A stretch of DNA of 64,000 nt from Microbotryum violaceum (taxonomy: Eukaryota): assembly GCA_001244265.2 (NCBI GenBank), contig CDLV01000005.1, forward strand, positions 1,488,001-1,552,000, given 5' to 3'. The translations under genes were made by a program, and so were the position numbers. Positions 63,801-64,000 of the stretch are shown here, piece by piece. The stretch's first letter is position 1; each line of letters opens with the position of its first letter. The notes below the pieces were generated by a model. It saw only the letters and a list, made by a program, of their open reading frames with translations. It had not been told where the DNA came from and made no database searches.

Positions 63801-64000
63801 TCGGTATTCATTTTTCGATTGCTACAGGGAAGACCTAGCCTGCGTGAACACCATAGATACGAACAAGCTTATAGAACAGTCGACTCAACTTCAACAGCTG
63901 GCCAAACAACGGCAGGTTCTTGATGATCGACTGAACTCCTTACGCACGTCGGACATAAACATCAGTGTCCTGGACCCTGGTACGTCACTCCCTTCTTCCA
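60839..64000 (+). mobile_element. Kyakuja-type KDZ transposase with CxC1-like domain; intron-containing, disabled, runs off the window
   Basis: YCPC..AHGLLP..TAFTF (CxC1-like, frameshifted); CPACFG; IIAVDGNFQHRR; DTGLVAAVCRHD; SGEK; VAYDIAC; HAYAHKWSCQ..GLTDAEGAERLWSQL; later in-frame stops. Confidence 0.92.

Overview
Eukaryotic, intron-rich fungal DNA. Short GT-AG introns with CTRAC branch sites, the gene families and the transposon types point to a basidiomycete, probably Pucciniomycotina/Microbotryomycetes (inference). Positions 1-49.6 kb are mostly gene-dense: G-patch protein, Nit omega-amidase, MHYT-domain membrane protein, phosducin-like PhLP1, head-to-head HSP60/HSP10, GH18 chitinase, RMD5/GID2, a 4-exon small secreted Cys-rich protein missed by the ORF track, a class I methyltransferase, intronless EMW1/TTC27, RRP9, myotubularin YMR1, IES6 and a halide/thiol methyltransferase. 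A copia remnant and a disabled fungal-type kinase sit at 38-45 kb. Positions 50-64 kb are a nest of decayed transposons: a gypsy-like LTR and gag remnant, two copia fragments with half-tRNA primer sites, and a Kyakuja-type KDZ transposase. Near the transposase are candidate HMG-like and Ulp1-like accessory genes, and its upstream repeat module recurs at 18.3 kb and 52.1 kb. I found no tRNA, rRNA or CRISPR array. All exon boundaries and family assignments were read by eye; no database search was run.
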